A DNA stretch of 64,000 nt, from NCBI GenBank assembly GCA_938038445.1, contig CALHRZ010000005.1, positions 81,792-145,791 on the forward strand, read 5' to 3'. The position numbers and the translations under genes were made by a program. The first letter of the stretch is position 1; each line of letters opens with the position of its first letter. Source of the stretch: an uncultured bacterium. GTDB lineage: Bacteria > Verrucomicrobiota > Kiritimatiellia > CAIKKV01. The notes below the pieces were generated by a model that did not search any database, was not told the origin of the DNA, and worked only from the letters and a program-made list of their open reading frames with translations. Shown one piece after another: positions 9,833-18,767 of the stretch.

Positions 9833-10956
9833 TCTGATTCTGCATCAATCAACGTCCCCGCGATTTTCCCGTTCCTGGCCAACGATTCGATCCGAACGCG
9901 CACATCGTGCGATGCCAGCGCGCGAAGCACCTCGTCGAGTTTCCCGTCCAAAATTTGCTCAAGACTGTGCCATGAACGGCCAATGCGATGGTCGGTGACT
10001 CGATTTTGAGGAAAATTGTACGTCCGGATTTTCTCGCTCCGATCTCCCGTCCCAATCGCAATGCGGCGCACCTGCCCTGTTCGGGCCGCCTCTTCCTGAC
10101 GCTGGAGATCCAGAAGACGGGCTTTCAGCATGGCAAGCGCTCGCTCCCGATTGCGCGCCTGAGAACGTTCCGACTGACAGGCCGCCGTGAGGCCCGTCGG
10201 AAGATGAGTCAACCGAACAGCGGAATCCGTCCGATTCACATATTGACCCCCGGCGCCACTGGCCCGATAGGTGTCCATGCGGAGATCCTTGTCCGGGATC
10301 TCCATATCCTCTGTCTCAGAATCGGCTTCAGGCAACACGACCACGCTGGCAGCGGACGTGTGAATGCGGCCCTGAGCCTCGGTAGCAGGAACCCGCTGGA
10401 CACGATGGACTCCCGACTCGAACTTCAAAGTTTTAAACACATTCTCCCCTTCGATGGCGAGAATGGCTTCCTTGAATCCTCCCGCTTCCGCCGCAGAAGC
10501 ATCCAAAAGCGAAACCCGCCAGCCCCTTTCCTGGGCAAACCGGTTGTACATGCGAAGCAGATCGGCAGCGAACAGGGCCGCTTCTTCCCCGCCCGTCCCC
10601 GCACGGATTTCAACAATCGCATTACGCTCATCCTCCGGATTCGGGGGAAGAAAAGTTTCCAACGCCTCCTCTTCCAGCGCCGGAAGCGTGGATTCGAGCA
10701 AAGACAGTTCCTCGCGGACCAGCGTCTTCAGTTCGGGCTCTGTGGCCGGATCCTCCAGCATCGCCTGATACTCCCCCAGGCGCCGCCGGGCGGATAGATA
10801 GGCATCCGCCTTCTCCACCAGACGATTCAAGCGGCGATGTTCCTGAAGAAGCGCGCGGAAGCGCCCCGGCTGAGCGGTTGCGGACGGATCGCTCATCCGG
10901 CCTTCGATCGCCCGTAACTTTACCCGAAAGGGTTCAACCAAATCCGGCGTGATCAT
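9829..10956 (-). CDS. prfA: peptide chain release factor 1
   Basis: SGAGGQYVNRTDSAVRLTHLPTG (GGQ motif) and the PATE tripeptide (PxT), which marks RF1 rather than RF2. The start is set at MITPD; the upstream 18 codons look like run-on. Confidence 0.85.
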   Translation of the reverse strand: MITPDLVEPFRVKLRAIEGRMSDPSATAQPGRFRALLQEHRRLNRLVEKADAYLSARRRLGEYQAMLEDPATEPELKTLVREELSLLESTLPALEEEALETFLPPNPEDERNAIVEIRAGTGGEEAALFAADLLRMYNRFAQERGWRVSLLDASAAEAGGFKEAILAIEGENVFKTLKFESGVHRVQRVPATEAQGRIHTSAASVVVLPEADSETEDMEIPDKDLRMDTYRASGAGGQYVNRTDSAVRLTHLPTGLTAACQSERSQARNRERALAMLKARLLDLQRQEEAARTGQVRRIAIGTGDRSEKIRTYNFPQNRVTDHRIGRSWHSLEQILDGKLDEVLRALASHDVRVRIESLARNGKIAGTLIDAESE

Positions 10957-10980
10957 TGAAAAGAATTCGAGAACGAAACT

Positions 10981-11018
10981 TAAAAAAGAAAGACCGGACG
11001 GGGAAACCATGCCGGTCT
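10981..11018 (-). terminator. intrinsic terminator downstream of rpmE
   Basis: Inverted repeat AGACCGG...CCGGTCT (7 bp), followed on the minus strand by TTCTTTTTTA. Confidence 0.5.
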
Positions 11019-11034
11019 TCTGACGAGGTCGGAA

Positions 11035-11241
11035 CTAACGCGCGTCGCGGCGATACCGTTTGTTGAACTGATCCACACGCCCCGTAGCGTCCACAAAAGT
11101 GGATTTCCCCGTATAATAGGGATGGCAGGCGGAACACGTGTTGACGTGAATCGTCTTGACCGACGAACGCAAGGTCCGAACCGCGCCACAGGCGCAGGTC
11201 ACATGGGCCTCACCGTAGGGCGGATGTCCTTCCTTTTTCAT
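11035..11241 (-). CDS. rpmE: 50S ribosomal protein L31
   Basis: MKKEGHPPYGEAHVTCACGAVRTLRSS...CSACHPYYTGK...GRVDQFNKRY is canonical L31 with the zinc-ribbon cysteines. RBS AAGGAG. The ORF track over-extends the N-terminus. Confidence 0.9.
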   Translation of the reverse strand: MKKEGHPPYGEAHVTCACGAVRTLRSSVKTIHVNTCSACHPYYTGKSTFVDATGRVDQFNKRYRRDAR

Positions 11242-11409
11242 GGCTTTCTCACTCCTTGTCAGTCTAATATACTTTTTTTCCTTTTCACTGGCAAGCACGA
11301 TCCGCACCAAGGAAGTTCGAAAAGGCAAGAATCTACCCCAACATCGCCGCTCATGGATTCCCCGGGACTTTTTCCACACCGGTGATTTCCCCTCCTGCTT
11401 CATCCCACT

Positions 11410-12120
11410 TCAGAACGGAAAGGTGAACGCGAGAGAAAACAACCATTTCTTCCGGTATGCCTCATCCGTCAAAAGATCGGAATTCCATCGCCCGATATAG
11501 GAGAGACAAGCGGAAATGAAGGAATATTCTGCCGACCCCCTGCATTCATAATGGCGGAATCCGCTTCCCCCCCCATCCGGCACATCATAGGCAACCAACG
11601 CGCCCAGGCCGAAAGATAAATCTTCTCTTATCGCCCGCTGATACTCCAGCCCTCCCTCCAGATAGAAGTCGTTCTGGATCCCCCCGTCCACGCCATAGGC
11701 GAACCGAAAAGAGGGCTGAACGGGCAAAGCATAGGAAAGAGACAGCATGATTTCACGATCCGCCGGCGTTTCGGCACCGGGATATAGGTACTCCGTATAG
11801 GATACGGCAAGATCCACCCCGTCCCACGTGACGTCGTAAGCACCCGAAATGTCCACTTCCGAAAACTGCTGTTCCGACCCTTCCTTTCGATCGAGGTCGA
11901 AGTTGCCCCAAACGCTCAAAGAAAAACCAGAAAACAGCGGCAATTGAAGGGAAGGTTGTCCAACCGGACGATCGTTCACGGTCACCCCGCGGAATACATA
12001 TGCCGAAGCCAACTCCACGTTAAAAGAACCTCGAACAGACGATTCCTCCTCTCCCATGACAGCCGGCGCAACACAAATCACCCAAACAACGGATAATCCC
12101 CAATTTCTCATGATTCTCAT
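11410..12120 (-). CDS. outer-membrane beta-barrel protein (porin-like), last gene of the amtB-glnK operon
   Basis: Signal peptide, alternating amphipathic beta-strand pattern and a C-terminal aromatic TFPF. No specific family was recognised. Confidence 0.6.
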   Translation of the reverse strand: MRIMRNWGLSVVWVICVAPAVMGEEESSVRGSFNVELASAYVFRGVTVNDRPVGQPSLQLPLFSGFSLSVWGNFDLDRKEGSEQQFSEVDISGAYDVTWDGVDLAVSYTEYLYPGAETPADREIMLSLSYALPVQPSFRFAYGVDGGIQNDFYLEGGLEYQRAIREDLSFGLGALVAYDVPDGGGSGFRHYECRGSAEYSFISACLSYIGRWNSDLLTDEAYRKKWLFSLAFTFPF

Positions 12121-12135
12121 TTAAACTCGTTTTGT

Positions 12136-12477
12136 TTATCCGATCGCCTCCGAACCGGTTTCCCCGGTTCGAATCCGGATGCATTCCAACAAATCCGACA
12201 CAAAAATCTTCCCATCGCCAATTTTTCCGGTTCGCGCCCCACGAATGATGGCGTCAATGGTCGGGCGGACGAAGCCCTCGTTGACCGCAATGTCAATCCG
12301 GACTTTTTTGAGCAGATTAACTTCCGCAATAGTGCCCCGGTACGTTTCTTGATAGCCCATTTGTTGGCCGCAGCCGATGACGTTGCTGACCGTCATCTTG
12401 TAAACTTTTGCCTCGAAAAGCGCTGCTTTGACATCCGGCAGTTTCTCGGGCTGGATGATGGCCGTGATCAGTTTCAT
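12136..12477 (-). CDS. glnK: nitrogen regulatory protein P-II (GlnK/GlnB)
   Basis: 113 aa: [13 protein letters not shown]...[10 protein letters not shown] (T-loop Tyr)...DGKIFV. The listed 212-aa ORF is a run-on upstream of the true ATG at 12475-12477. Confidence 0.9.
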   Translation of the reverse strand: MKLITAIIQPEKLPDVKAALFEAKVYKMTVSNVIGCGQQMGYQETYRGTIAEVNLLKKVRIDIAVNEGFVRPTIDAIIRGARTGKIGDGKIFVSDLLECIRIRTGETGSEAIG

Positions 12478-12533
12478 GGAAGGGATCCTTTCTTCTTTCG
12501 TATTTCCTTTTGGTGAAAAGATATCCGTATCGG

Positions 12534-13910
12534 TTACTTGGTCAGGAATCCTTGGAAGTCGGGATAAGCCTCCATGCCGTGCTCGCCGATGTCGAGCCCT
12601 GCAAGTTCCTCCTCGGGCGACACACGCAGCCCTATGAGAGCACGAACGGCACGAAAGAGAACCCACGCCGCGATAACGCACGCGAATCCGCAAGCCAGCA
12701 CACCCACCAGCTGGGTCCAAAAACTCTTCCCTTCGCCCCAAATTCCCACCGCCAATGTGCCCCACACGCCGCAAACCAGATGAACCGACACCGCTCCCAC
12801 AGGGTCATCCACCCGAAACCGATCCATGACCAACACAGAAATCACCACGAGAATTCCTGCGAGCAGTCCGATCACTACCGACGCCGGCACCGATACGACA
12901 TCCGCCCCGGCGGTAATCCCCACCAACCCCGCGAGAATACCGTTCAATACCATCGTCAGATCCGGCTTCCTTTGCAACCACCAGGAGGTCAACATGGCAC
13001 CGACGGCACCGGCGGACGCGGCAAGTGAAGTGGTCACCAACACATAGGAAACGATTCCAGGGTCTGCGGACAGCACGGACCCGCCATTAAAACCGAACCA
13101 CCCCAACCACAAAAGAAACACGCCAATCACCACCATCGGAATATTATGCCCCATAATCGGTCGAACACCGCCGTTCGTATATTTTCCCAGCCGTGGACCC
13201 ACCAGGATCGCCCCTACAAGCGCCGCCCAACCGCCCACCGAATGAACAAGGGTCGAACCGGCAAAATCGTGGAACCCTTTCGCATCCAACCAACCGCCCC
13301 CCCACTTCCACGAGCCGACCCACGGATAAACGATCGCAACGTATAGCGTGGAAAACACCAAAAAACTCTTCAACTTGATCCGTTCGCACACAGCGCCTGA
13401 AACAATCGTGGCTGCTGTCGCCGCAAACATCCCCTGGAAAAGAAAATCCGTCCAATAAGTGTAGCCGGGATTATAGGCAGGGGTCAGCCCGACTGCATCG
13501 GTGCGAATCCCAAAGCCGCTGAAACCTAAAATTTTTCCCAGAAGCCAATTTCCCTCTCCCGGATACATGAGATTAAATCCGACAACCGCATACGTCAGAA
13601 GTCCGATGGCCGGAATCATCGTGTTCTTAAACAAAATGTTCACCGCATTCTTTGCGCGATTGAGCCCCGACTCCACCGTCGCAAAACCCAAATGCATGAT
13701 AAAAACCAGAAACGCGGCCACCATCATCCACGTATTGTGGATCGTAAACATTACGTTCGAAGGAAGTGGTGGAGAATGAGCCACGCTCATTTCCGATGCT
13801 CCCGCCGCTTCCTCCGCCCCTCGTGCAATGCTGCCAACCGCCAGGACCAGTAAGGCGGCGAATATCCCGATCCTCATACTCCATTTTTTTTCCGTCCCAT
13901 TTCGACTCAT
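12534..13910 (-). CDS. amtB: ammonium transporter AmtB
   Basis: Amt/MEP signature regions, 11 predicted TM helices and a signal peptide. An AAGGA RBS precedes the ATG at 13910. Confidence 0.9.
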   Translation of the reverse strand: MSRNGTEKKWSMRIGIFAALLVLAVGSIARGAEEAAGASEMSVAHSPPLPSNVMFTIHNTWMMVAAFLVFIMHLGFATVESGLNRAKNAVNILFKNTMIPAIGLLTYAVVGFNLMYPGEGNWLLGKILGFSGFGIRTDAVGLTPAYNPGYTYWTDFLFQGMFAATAATIVSGAVCERIKLKSFLVFSTLYVAIVYPWVGSWKWGGGWLDAKGFHDFAGSTLVHSVGGWAALVGAILVGPRLGKYTNGGVRPIMGHNIPMVVIGVFLLWLGWFGFNGGSVLSADPGIVSYVLVTTSLAASAGAVGAMLTSWWLQRKPDLTMVLNGILAGLVGITAGADVVSVPASVVIGLLAGILVVISVLVMDRFRVDDPVGAVSVHLVCGVWGTLAVGIWGEGKSFWTQLVGVLACGFACVIAAWVLFRAVRALIGLRVSPEEELAGLDIGEHGMEAYPDFQGFLTK

Positions 13911-14009
13911 TGGTTTTTTCCTTTTTCCCGAGGCATCCTTCTGTCGTTTTCTGTTGCGGTTCCTCTCGCGTTGTCCGAATGTTTATTCGAACTCTCGAGC
14001 GCCCATCCA

Positions 14010-14025
14010 AGCAGGCGCCGTGCCA
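14010..14025 (-). promoter_or_regulatory. sigma-54 (-24/-12) promoter upstream of amtB
   Basis: The minus strand reads TGGCACGGCGCCTGCT, matching TGGCAC-N5-TTGCA with the GG and GC dinucleotides at the correct 10-nt spacing. It lies ~100 nt upstream of the amtB ATG. Confidence 0.55.
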
Positions 14026-14437
14026 TTCGAACCATGCAAGCACGAAAAAGAAAAGCCGGTTCTAAAAATCAAAAGAATCTTCGCCAGACCGAAAGAAACA
14101 AGTGCTTGGTGATGCCATTTTTGTTTTATCGTTCAAAACGATTTTACGTTTTTGTTAGACCGGGCAGCAGATAAGGAACGGATTCCCTCGGGGTGGGCTG
14201 AAGGGAGACAAGGCCAAAACAAGGAATGTCCCCACCAGCAAAGTTCCCGACACTTGGAAAACGATGCCCGAAGGGAAAATGGTTCGCGTTCATCAGTATG
14301 CATAGGAGCCCCAACGAGGAAGATCGTCGGCGGACGCCGAAAACAATCGTCCTATACGCGAGAAGAAATGAAAAGCAGCTGACGGTTTCCCTGGCCCCGG
14401 CTTCCTAAAAAAACTCTTCCCAAAATACACAGCCGGC

Positions 14438-15289
14438 TTAGCTGTGGCTGACCCGGATTAGGCGAAGTCCCGCAACACCAATGGCCGCCAGCACAATAAG
14501 ACCCGCATAGTACCAGACTTTTGCATCCGAAAAAGGCCCATCGCCCGTCTGAGTTTCTTGATTCGTTTCCGAAGAGCGTCCCGACCCCGCGGGAGGCGGC
14601 GGTGCAACAGGCACCTCAGGAGGAAGAAGACGAAGCGCATCCGCAAGCAGACGATCGAAAATCGCCGCCGCTGGCGCCGCATCCCAAACCTTTCCCTGCC
14701 CTTCACAGACCGTGCAATTGACCTCGATCCGGCCAGTCCCCTGACATTTGGGACATTTTCCCGTCCCATTACACACAAGACACTTTCGGTAACCGCCCGC
14801 CTCCGCCGAACCTCCCAATGTGCGCCCCGATGGAACACGGCTCTGACTGAACCCCGAAACGGGTATCCGTCCCCCCACGCAATTTTTCGCAGGACAAGTG
14901 CCCGTTCCCCCACACTCCTTGCACGGAACGCTGCTTTTCCCCGTTCCCCCACAGGCCGAACAGGGGACAACAAAAGAACGTTCAAAGGTCTCCGCATCTT
15001 CCAATTCAGGTCGGATTTGATTTCGATAGTCCGCCAGCCGATTCATTCGAATCAGGCCCGCGGCACAAACCTTCAAAATCGCCTGTCGGGCTGCGGCGTT
15101 TCCGATCATTTCCCGTGACCGAAAAAGCCGGCCGATATGATCAAGCGTCGGCCCCGCAACCTGCATCTCCCTCAAAAGCTGGGTTCGACTCGGTTCGCTC
15201 GGCTCTTCCCCCCTACAGACTTCCAACAAAAAAAAAACGTTCGCAAACAAGAGACAAAATCGGAGAGATTTTGGAACCCCAGTTGTCAC
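14438..15289 (-). CDS. membrane-anchored cysteine-rich protein with DnaJ-type CxxCxGxG zinc-finger repeats
   Basis: CSACGGTGKSSVPCKECGGTG...CLVCNGTGKCPKCQGTGRIEVNCTVCEGQG gives 6+ CxxC units, followed by a C-terminal TM helix VWYYAGLIVLAAIGVAGL. GTG start; the N-terminus contains A10 and C6 tracts. Confidence 0.55.
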   Translation of the reverse strand: MTTGVPKSLRFCLLFANVFFLLEVCRGEEPSEPSRTQLLREMQVAGPTLDHIGRLFRSREMIGNAAARQAILKVCAAGLIRMNRLADYRNQIRPELEDAETFERSFVVPCSACGGTGKSSVPCKECGGTGTCPAKNCVGGRIPVSGFSQSRVPSGRTLGGSAEAGGYRKCLVCNGTGKCPKCQGTGRIEVNCTVCEGQGKVWDAAPAAAIFDRLLADALRLLPPEVPVAPPPPAGSGRSSETNQETQTGDGPFSDAKVWYYAGLIVLAAIGVAGLRLIRVSHS

Positions 15290-15346
15290 ATGTCCATTGT
15301 AACACGGGAATCGAGGGGGTCAATGTTTTTCCCGAAGCCCGTCACT

Positions 15347-15823
15347 CTATCGCCAAATGCTGGGATGAGAACCTTTTGTCACCCATTCCCGGCGGCAGGA
15401 ATCCCATTCCTGCACAAAAGCAATATGGCCGCGCACGGCGGGCTGATAAAGACGTCGGCCGGGTTCAGTTTGAATCACGATTTCCCGCGTTCCGTCTTCG
15501 CAAGAAGATCGTCCCCATTCCGAATAGCCCCAACGGCGGGAAGGCGTGGAGGGAAGAACAACCGCGACCCGCTCCCGAATAATCACAGGCTCCCGCTCCA
15601 CGTAAATAACCCGTTCCGACGCAGAGGGATAACAAGGAACGTAAACGGAAGGAGGAGGGGGAGGACGCACCGCGTAGGCCACCGCCCCGACCGCCGCCAG
15701 TCCTGTCAACACTTTCCCAACCCGCGCCCATTCCTTGTCGCCGGCCCGAAGGGGGGCCGGCAGTGCCATTGCGACAGAAACCGCCACTCCCAAACTCCAA
15801 CTGACCGTTTTGCCGATTCTCAT
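15347..15823 (-). CDS. hypothetical secreted protein
   Basis: Signal-peptide-like MRIGKTVSWSLGVAVSVAMALPAPLRA, a proline run, and an AAGGAG RBS before the second ATG. No recognisable domain. Confidence 0.45.
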   Translation of the reverse strand: MRIGKTVSWSLGVAVSVAMALPAPLRAGDKEWARVGKVLTGLAAVGAVAYAVRPPPPPSVYVPCYPSASERVIYVEREPVIIRERVAVVLPSTPSRRWGYSEWGRSSCEDGTREIVIQTEPGRRLYQPAVRGHIAFVQEWDSCRREWVTKGSHPSIWR

Positions 15824-15907
15824 GACCAACTCCTTTCGCATGAATTCCTTCTGAATATAAGACGCGAAGGAGAAGGAATTTATTCGAAAAAAAATCGCAG
15901 GAGGGGG

Positions 15908-15936
15908 TTGACAAAACCCGCTGTTTTTTCAATAAT
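15908..15936 (+). promoter_or_regulatory. near-consensus sigma-70 promoter (TTGACA-17-AATAAT) for a candidate sRNA
   Basis: TTGACA at 15908-15913, a 17-nt spacer and AATAAT at 15931-15936. Such a match is unusual in 60% GC DNA. Confidence 0.45.
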
Positions 15937-15943
15937 TGGGACC

Positions 15944-16017
15944 GTCAATTGATTTTCTTCTGGCCGGCTATCCCTACCCCCCGCCCAAAACCCCTAGGGA
16001 TGCCGGCCTCTTTTTTG
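15944..16017 (+). ncRNA. candidate small RNA (~75 nt), convergent with the 3' end of fucI
   Basis: The promoter is followed by a 12-bp hairpin (GGCCGGCtATCCC...GGGATGCCGGCC, 15962-16008) and a T6 run (16011-16016). No ORF. Confidence 0.4.
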
Positions 16018-16020
16018 CCT

Positions 16021-17880
16021 TTAGGCGTATAGCGGGCCGAGTGCCGCACAAGCACGGTAATCGTCCCCTCCACACCGGTCCCAGAAGGTCGGCCGGAAAA
16101 TCGCCTCTTTCGGTACGTTATGCATGTCCACCGGAATGCGGAGAATCGCGTTGAAGGTGATCAAGTCGGCCCCAATTAAACCGAAGGAGTTGGCGTCGTG
16201 ATTGGGACCGATCCGCGACATGTATTCAAAGGAACTCATATCCCGGGGCGCCCAGAAGGTTTCAGGCCATGTGCGGTCGGTCACGCGGCTGATGTGATCC
16301 GCCACCGGGCGCGGTAATTCAATAGTTTCCCCTTCCACCACCGAACAGGTCAGTTGATCACCGATGCAGTTGTAACGATAGGCCGTCATGGGGATGCCGC
16401 CCGGCGTGCGGTAATGGCTGGACAGGCCGTCGCCTGGGAAATATTCAAGAGAAGCGGCCATATACAAGGTACGCGAAATCGCCGCATCCATCAGTTTCTG
16501 TTGCCGTCGAGGATCGGCCCGGATGGCCGCGACCGCTTCCTGAACCGACATTTTCCGCCCGCCGGCAATTCGGAAAAGGTCCACCGCATAGTCGAGCGCA
16601 CCGGCACCGGAATTTCGTTTGTCGATCAGTCCGCCAGGACAAATTTTTTCCACGTTGCGGCCGGTGGCTTTTTTTATGCTGGCCGGAGTCCAGTTCGTCC
16701 GAATATCAGCAAAAAGCTGCGGGGCTCCCGTGAGCAGCCAGGCGGCCAGCATGCCGATCGCGTTTTTGCTGTCGTTTTCCGTTGCGACGACGAACGGCGT
16801 CCGCCACCCATTCCAATCGAAGGAACTACAGAGCAGGGACTCCGTCATGTCGAAATTGGGATAAAGATCGGTCCATTGCCGCTGACCCTGCGTTCCCGCT
16901 GCGATCGCGTTGCAGCCCTGGGCGTACTCCACATCGGCTTGGAACCCTTGGGCGTGGCCCACCGCCGGATCTGCCAACCGTGGATTGCCGATCATCAGAT
17001 CCCGGGTGATCAGGGTCATCTTCAGACATTCGCGCAAAAGATCGTCCGGAGGCTGCGGTCGCCGGCCTTGTCCGAAATCGAATCGAAACCGGCTCTTCAT
17101 GAAGGCAAAGGCCTTGTCCAATTCCTCATGGTCGTAAAAGCCTCGCTCCATTCGACCACGGATGCCGACCATGTCAAACGACACCGTACCCATACCGAGA
17201 TAGTGCAGCATCAGATTTCTGCGGACATCCGAGCCGATAATGCCCATCGAAACCGCCCCAATCGAGAGGTAGTTCTTGCCCCGCAGTTCGAGAACGGCCG
17301 CCGCCGCCCGAGCGAATCGGAGAATCCGATCTTCCACATAAGGTGCCAAAGGGCCGTTTTCATCTTCGAGATCGGGATTGTAGATGCAGAAGATCGGGCG
17401 CTTTTTCTCATCCATTGCCGCCGTAAATGCCTTCAGCCAAACCGCCCCCGGACGGTCGGTTTGGTTTAGACCATAGGCGGCTTGTGGCCATTCCGAAGAC
17501 CCAATGCCCATCGCCGCCCCCATTAACTCGTCGCTGTAAGCCCAAGACCGGCTAACCCAAATGTTGGCCCCCACCCCTTCGCGGGCGTAGAACGCCTGGG
17601 CAAGAGCTGCGGTGCGGGGCCCGTATACAATCTCAGGCGCCGTAACCACACGGATGGGAGTCCCATCCGGAAGCCGAACCCGGCTTTGAATGAGATCCCT
17701 CACCTTTTGCACCATTCGCCAGGTGCCGGCCACGTTGGCTTCGTAAGCTCCCGTTCTTCCGTCCGCAACCGGCGTAATGGCAATGGTGGGAACCGCGCCG
17801 ACCCACGGCCGCTCCCAAGCGGCATACCTTCGCGGCGATTCGCTTTTCTTTTGAAGGTCCTTGTCGAGATGGAGACTCAT
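16021..17880 (-). CDS. fucI: L-fucose isomerase
   Basis: Strong FucI-family blocks: RPGAVWL, YLSIGAVSMGIIGS, SSFDWNGWRTPFVVATENDS, ILRIPVDMHNV, and C-terminal DYRACAALGPLYA. GAGGAGG RBS before the ATG at 17880. The ORF track adds ~157 run-on codons upstream. Confidence 0.9.
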   Translation of the reverse strand: MSLHLDKDLQKKSESPRRYAAWERPWVGAVPTIAITPVADGRTGAYEANVAGTWRMVQKVRDLIQSRVRLPDGTPIRVVTAPEIVYGPRTAALAQAFYAREGVGANIWVSRSWAYSDELMGAAMGIGSSEWPQAAYGLNQTDRPGAVWLKAFTAAMDEKKRPIFCIYNPDLEDENGPLAPYVEDRILRFARAAAAVLELRGKNYLSIGAVSMGIIGSDVRRNLMLHYLGMGTVSFDMVGIRGRMERGFYDHEELDKAFAFMKSRFRFDFGQGRRPQPPDDLLRECLKMTLITRDLMIGNPRLADPAVGHAQGFQADVEYAQGCNAIAAGTQGQRQWTDLYPNFDMTESLLCSSFDWNGWRTPFVVATENDSKNAIGMLAAWLLTGAPQLFADIRTNWTPASIKKATGRNVEKICPGGLIDKRNSGAGALDYAVDLFRIAGGRKMSVQEAVAAIRADPRRQQKLMDAAISRTLYMAASLEYFPGDGLSSHYRTPGGIPMTAYRYNCIGDQLTCSVVEGETIELPRPVADHISRVTDRTWPETFWAPRDMSSFEYMSRIGPNHDANSFGLIGADLITFNAILRIPVDMHNVPKEAIFRPTFWDRCGGDDYRACAALGPLYA

Positions 17881-17903
17881 GAGTTCCTCCTCTTTGAAAC
17901 GGT

Positions 17904-18626
17904 TCACATACTTTTCAGAAGCGCCTCTTCCGATTCCAGCAGCGCGGCAACCATTTCCCGACCGTCCGCTGCAGTTTTTAATCGTTCCAGCAGGAACGTC
18001 TTTTGGCACATCGCACACAAGCGGGCGAGGGTTCGAAGATGAAGCCGGTCTTCTTGGCAGCAAAGCAAGAAAAAAAGATAAGTCGCCGTCCCATCCGGTG
18101 CGCCGAACGGAATGCCCTGGATGGTCCGACCCACCACTAAAATGGAACTCAGAACCAGGTGGGGCGAATGATGGCGAGGGTGGAGGACGGCCAGTCCGCC
18201 AGGGAGAGCCGTCGAACAAAGCTCCTCCCGCTCTTGAATCCGTTCCAGCAGTTCCCGCGGATCGCATACCTGTTCGGTCCGTTCGGCCAATCGGACCATA
18301 TCGCGAAGAACGGCTCCCGCCGTCCGAGAGGAAAGACTGGGCTCCATCCATTCCGGGCGCGTCAGACGCGCCATCAAACGGTCAGGTCCGGACTCTTCCG
18401 GAGAAACGCTTCGACTGGCCGCGCGATGGTATTCCTCAAGCCCATCACCCGTCAGACGCAAAATTCGCTGCGAGGCCCAGGCGTCCAGTTCGCCCCGCCG
18501 AAAAAGAATCCGACCTCCCATGCGGTGAAATGGAATTTCCTCTTTTTTAACCAGGCGTTCCAAGGCTTCCCGCGGCACATGCAGATAGCCGGCCGCCTCA
18601 TCGAGATTCAAGGTCTGAAAAGGCAC
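17904..18626 (-). CDS. transcriptional regulator: N-terminal excisionase/MerR-type HTH fused to a PTS EIIA(Ntr)-like (PtsN-type) domain
   Basis: HTH segment LNLDEAAGYLHVPREALERLVKKEEIPFHRMGGRILFRRGELDAW. EIIA-2 domain with active-site-like GLAVLHPRH. The start is set at GTG 18624-18626, preceded by AAGGGAAG; the longer listed ORF would overlap tRNA-Leu antisense. Confidence 0.6.
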   Translation of the reverse strand: MPFQTLNLDEAAGYLHVPREALERLVKKEEIPFHRMGGRILFRRGELDAWASQRILRLTGDGLEEYHRAASRSVSPEESGPDRLMARLTRPEWMEPSLSSRTAGAVLRDMVRLAERTEQVCDPRELLERIQEREELCSTALPGGLAVLHPRHHSPHLVLSSILVVGRTIQGIPFGAPDGTATYLFFLLCCQEDRLHLRTLARLCAMCQKTFLLERLKTAADGREMVAALLESEEALLKSM

Positions 18627-18668
18627 TGGTTTCTTCCCTTCCCTTGTGGTAGGCTGGCACTCACCATT

Positions 18669-18750
18669 CGGGCGAGTGGTGGAATCGGCAGACACGCAAG
18701 ACTTAGGATCTTGTGCCGAAAGGCGTGCGGGTTCGACTCCCGCCTCGCCC
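18669..18750 (+). tRNA. tRNA-Leu (anticodon TAG), class II with a long variable arm
   Basis: GGGCGAG-TG-GTGGAATCGGCAGACAC-GCAAGA CTTAGGA TCTTGT-GCCGAAAGGC-GTGCGGGTTCGACTCCCGC-CTCGCCC-A. This aligns base-for-base in architecture with E. coli tRNA-Leu. CCA is not encoded. Confidence 0.85.
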
Positions 18751-18767
18751 ATCGCCTCGAGACCCGC

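Noticed and set aside
8924-9837. Two overlapping plus-strand ORFs (246 and 291 aa)
   Set aside because: Antisense to prmC, which has clear SAM-MTase and NPPY motifs. Their composition is Arg/Pro-biased.
9829-10956. Programmed +1 frameshift in the release factor gene
   Set aside because: The gene is RF1 (PAT motif), not RF2, and the frame is continuous, so no autoregulatory frameshift is expected or seen.
12478-12774. N-terminal 100 codons of the listed 212-aa glnK ORF
   Set aside because: Run-on into amtB. Canonical 113-aa P-II begins at ATG 12475-12477.
14021-14042. GTGCCA-N9-TGCAA on the plus strand as a sigma-54 promoter
   Set aside because: The elements are in the wrong order and orientation for either strand. 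The adjacent TGGCACGGCGCCTGCT on the minus strand is the valid site.
16354-17469. 371-aa plus-strand ORF
   Set aside because: Antisense to fucI, which has unambiguous family motifs.
18627-18752. N-terminal extension of the HTH-EIIA ORF
   Set aside because: Overlaps tRNA-Leu(TAG) on the opposite strand. An internal GTG with an RBS gives a sensible start.
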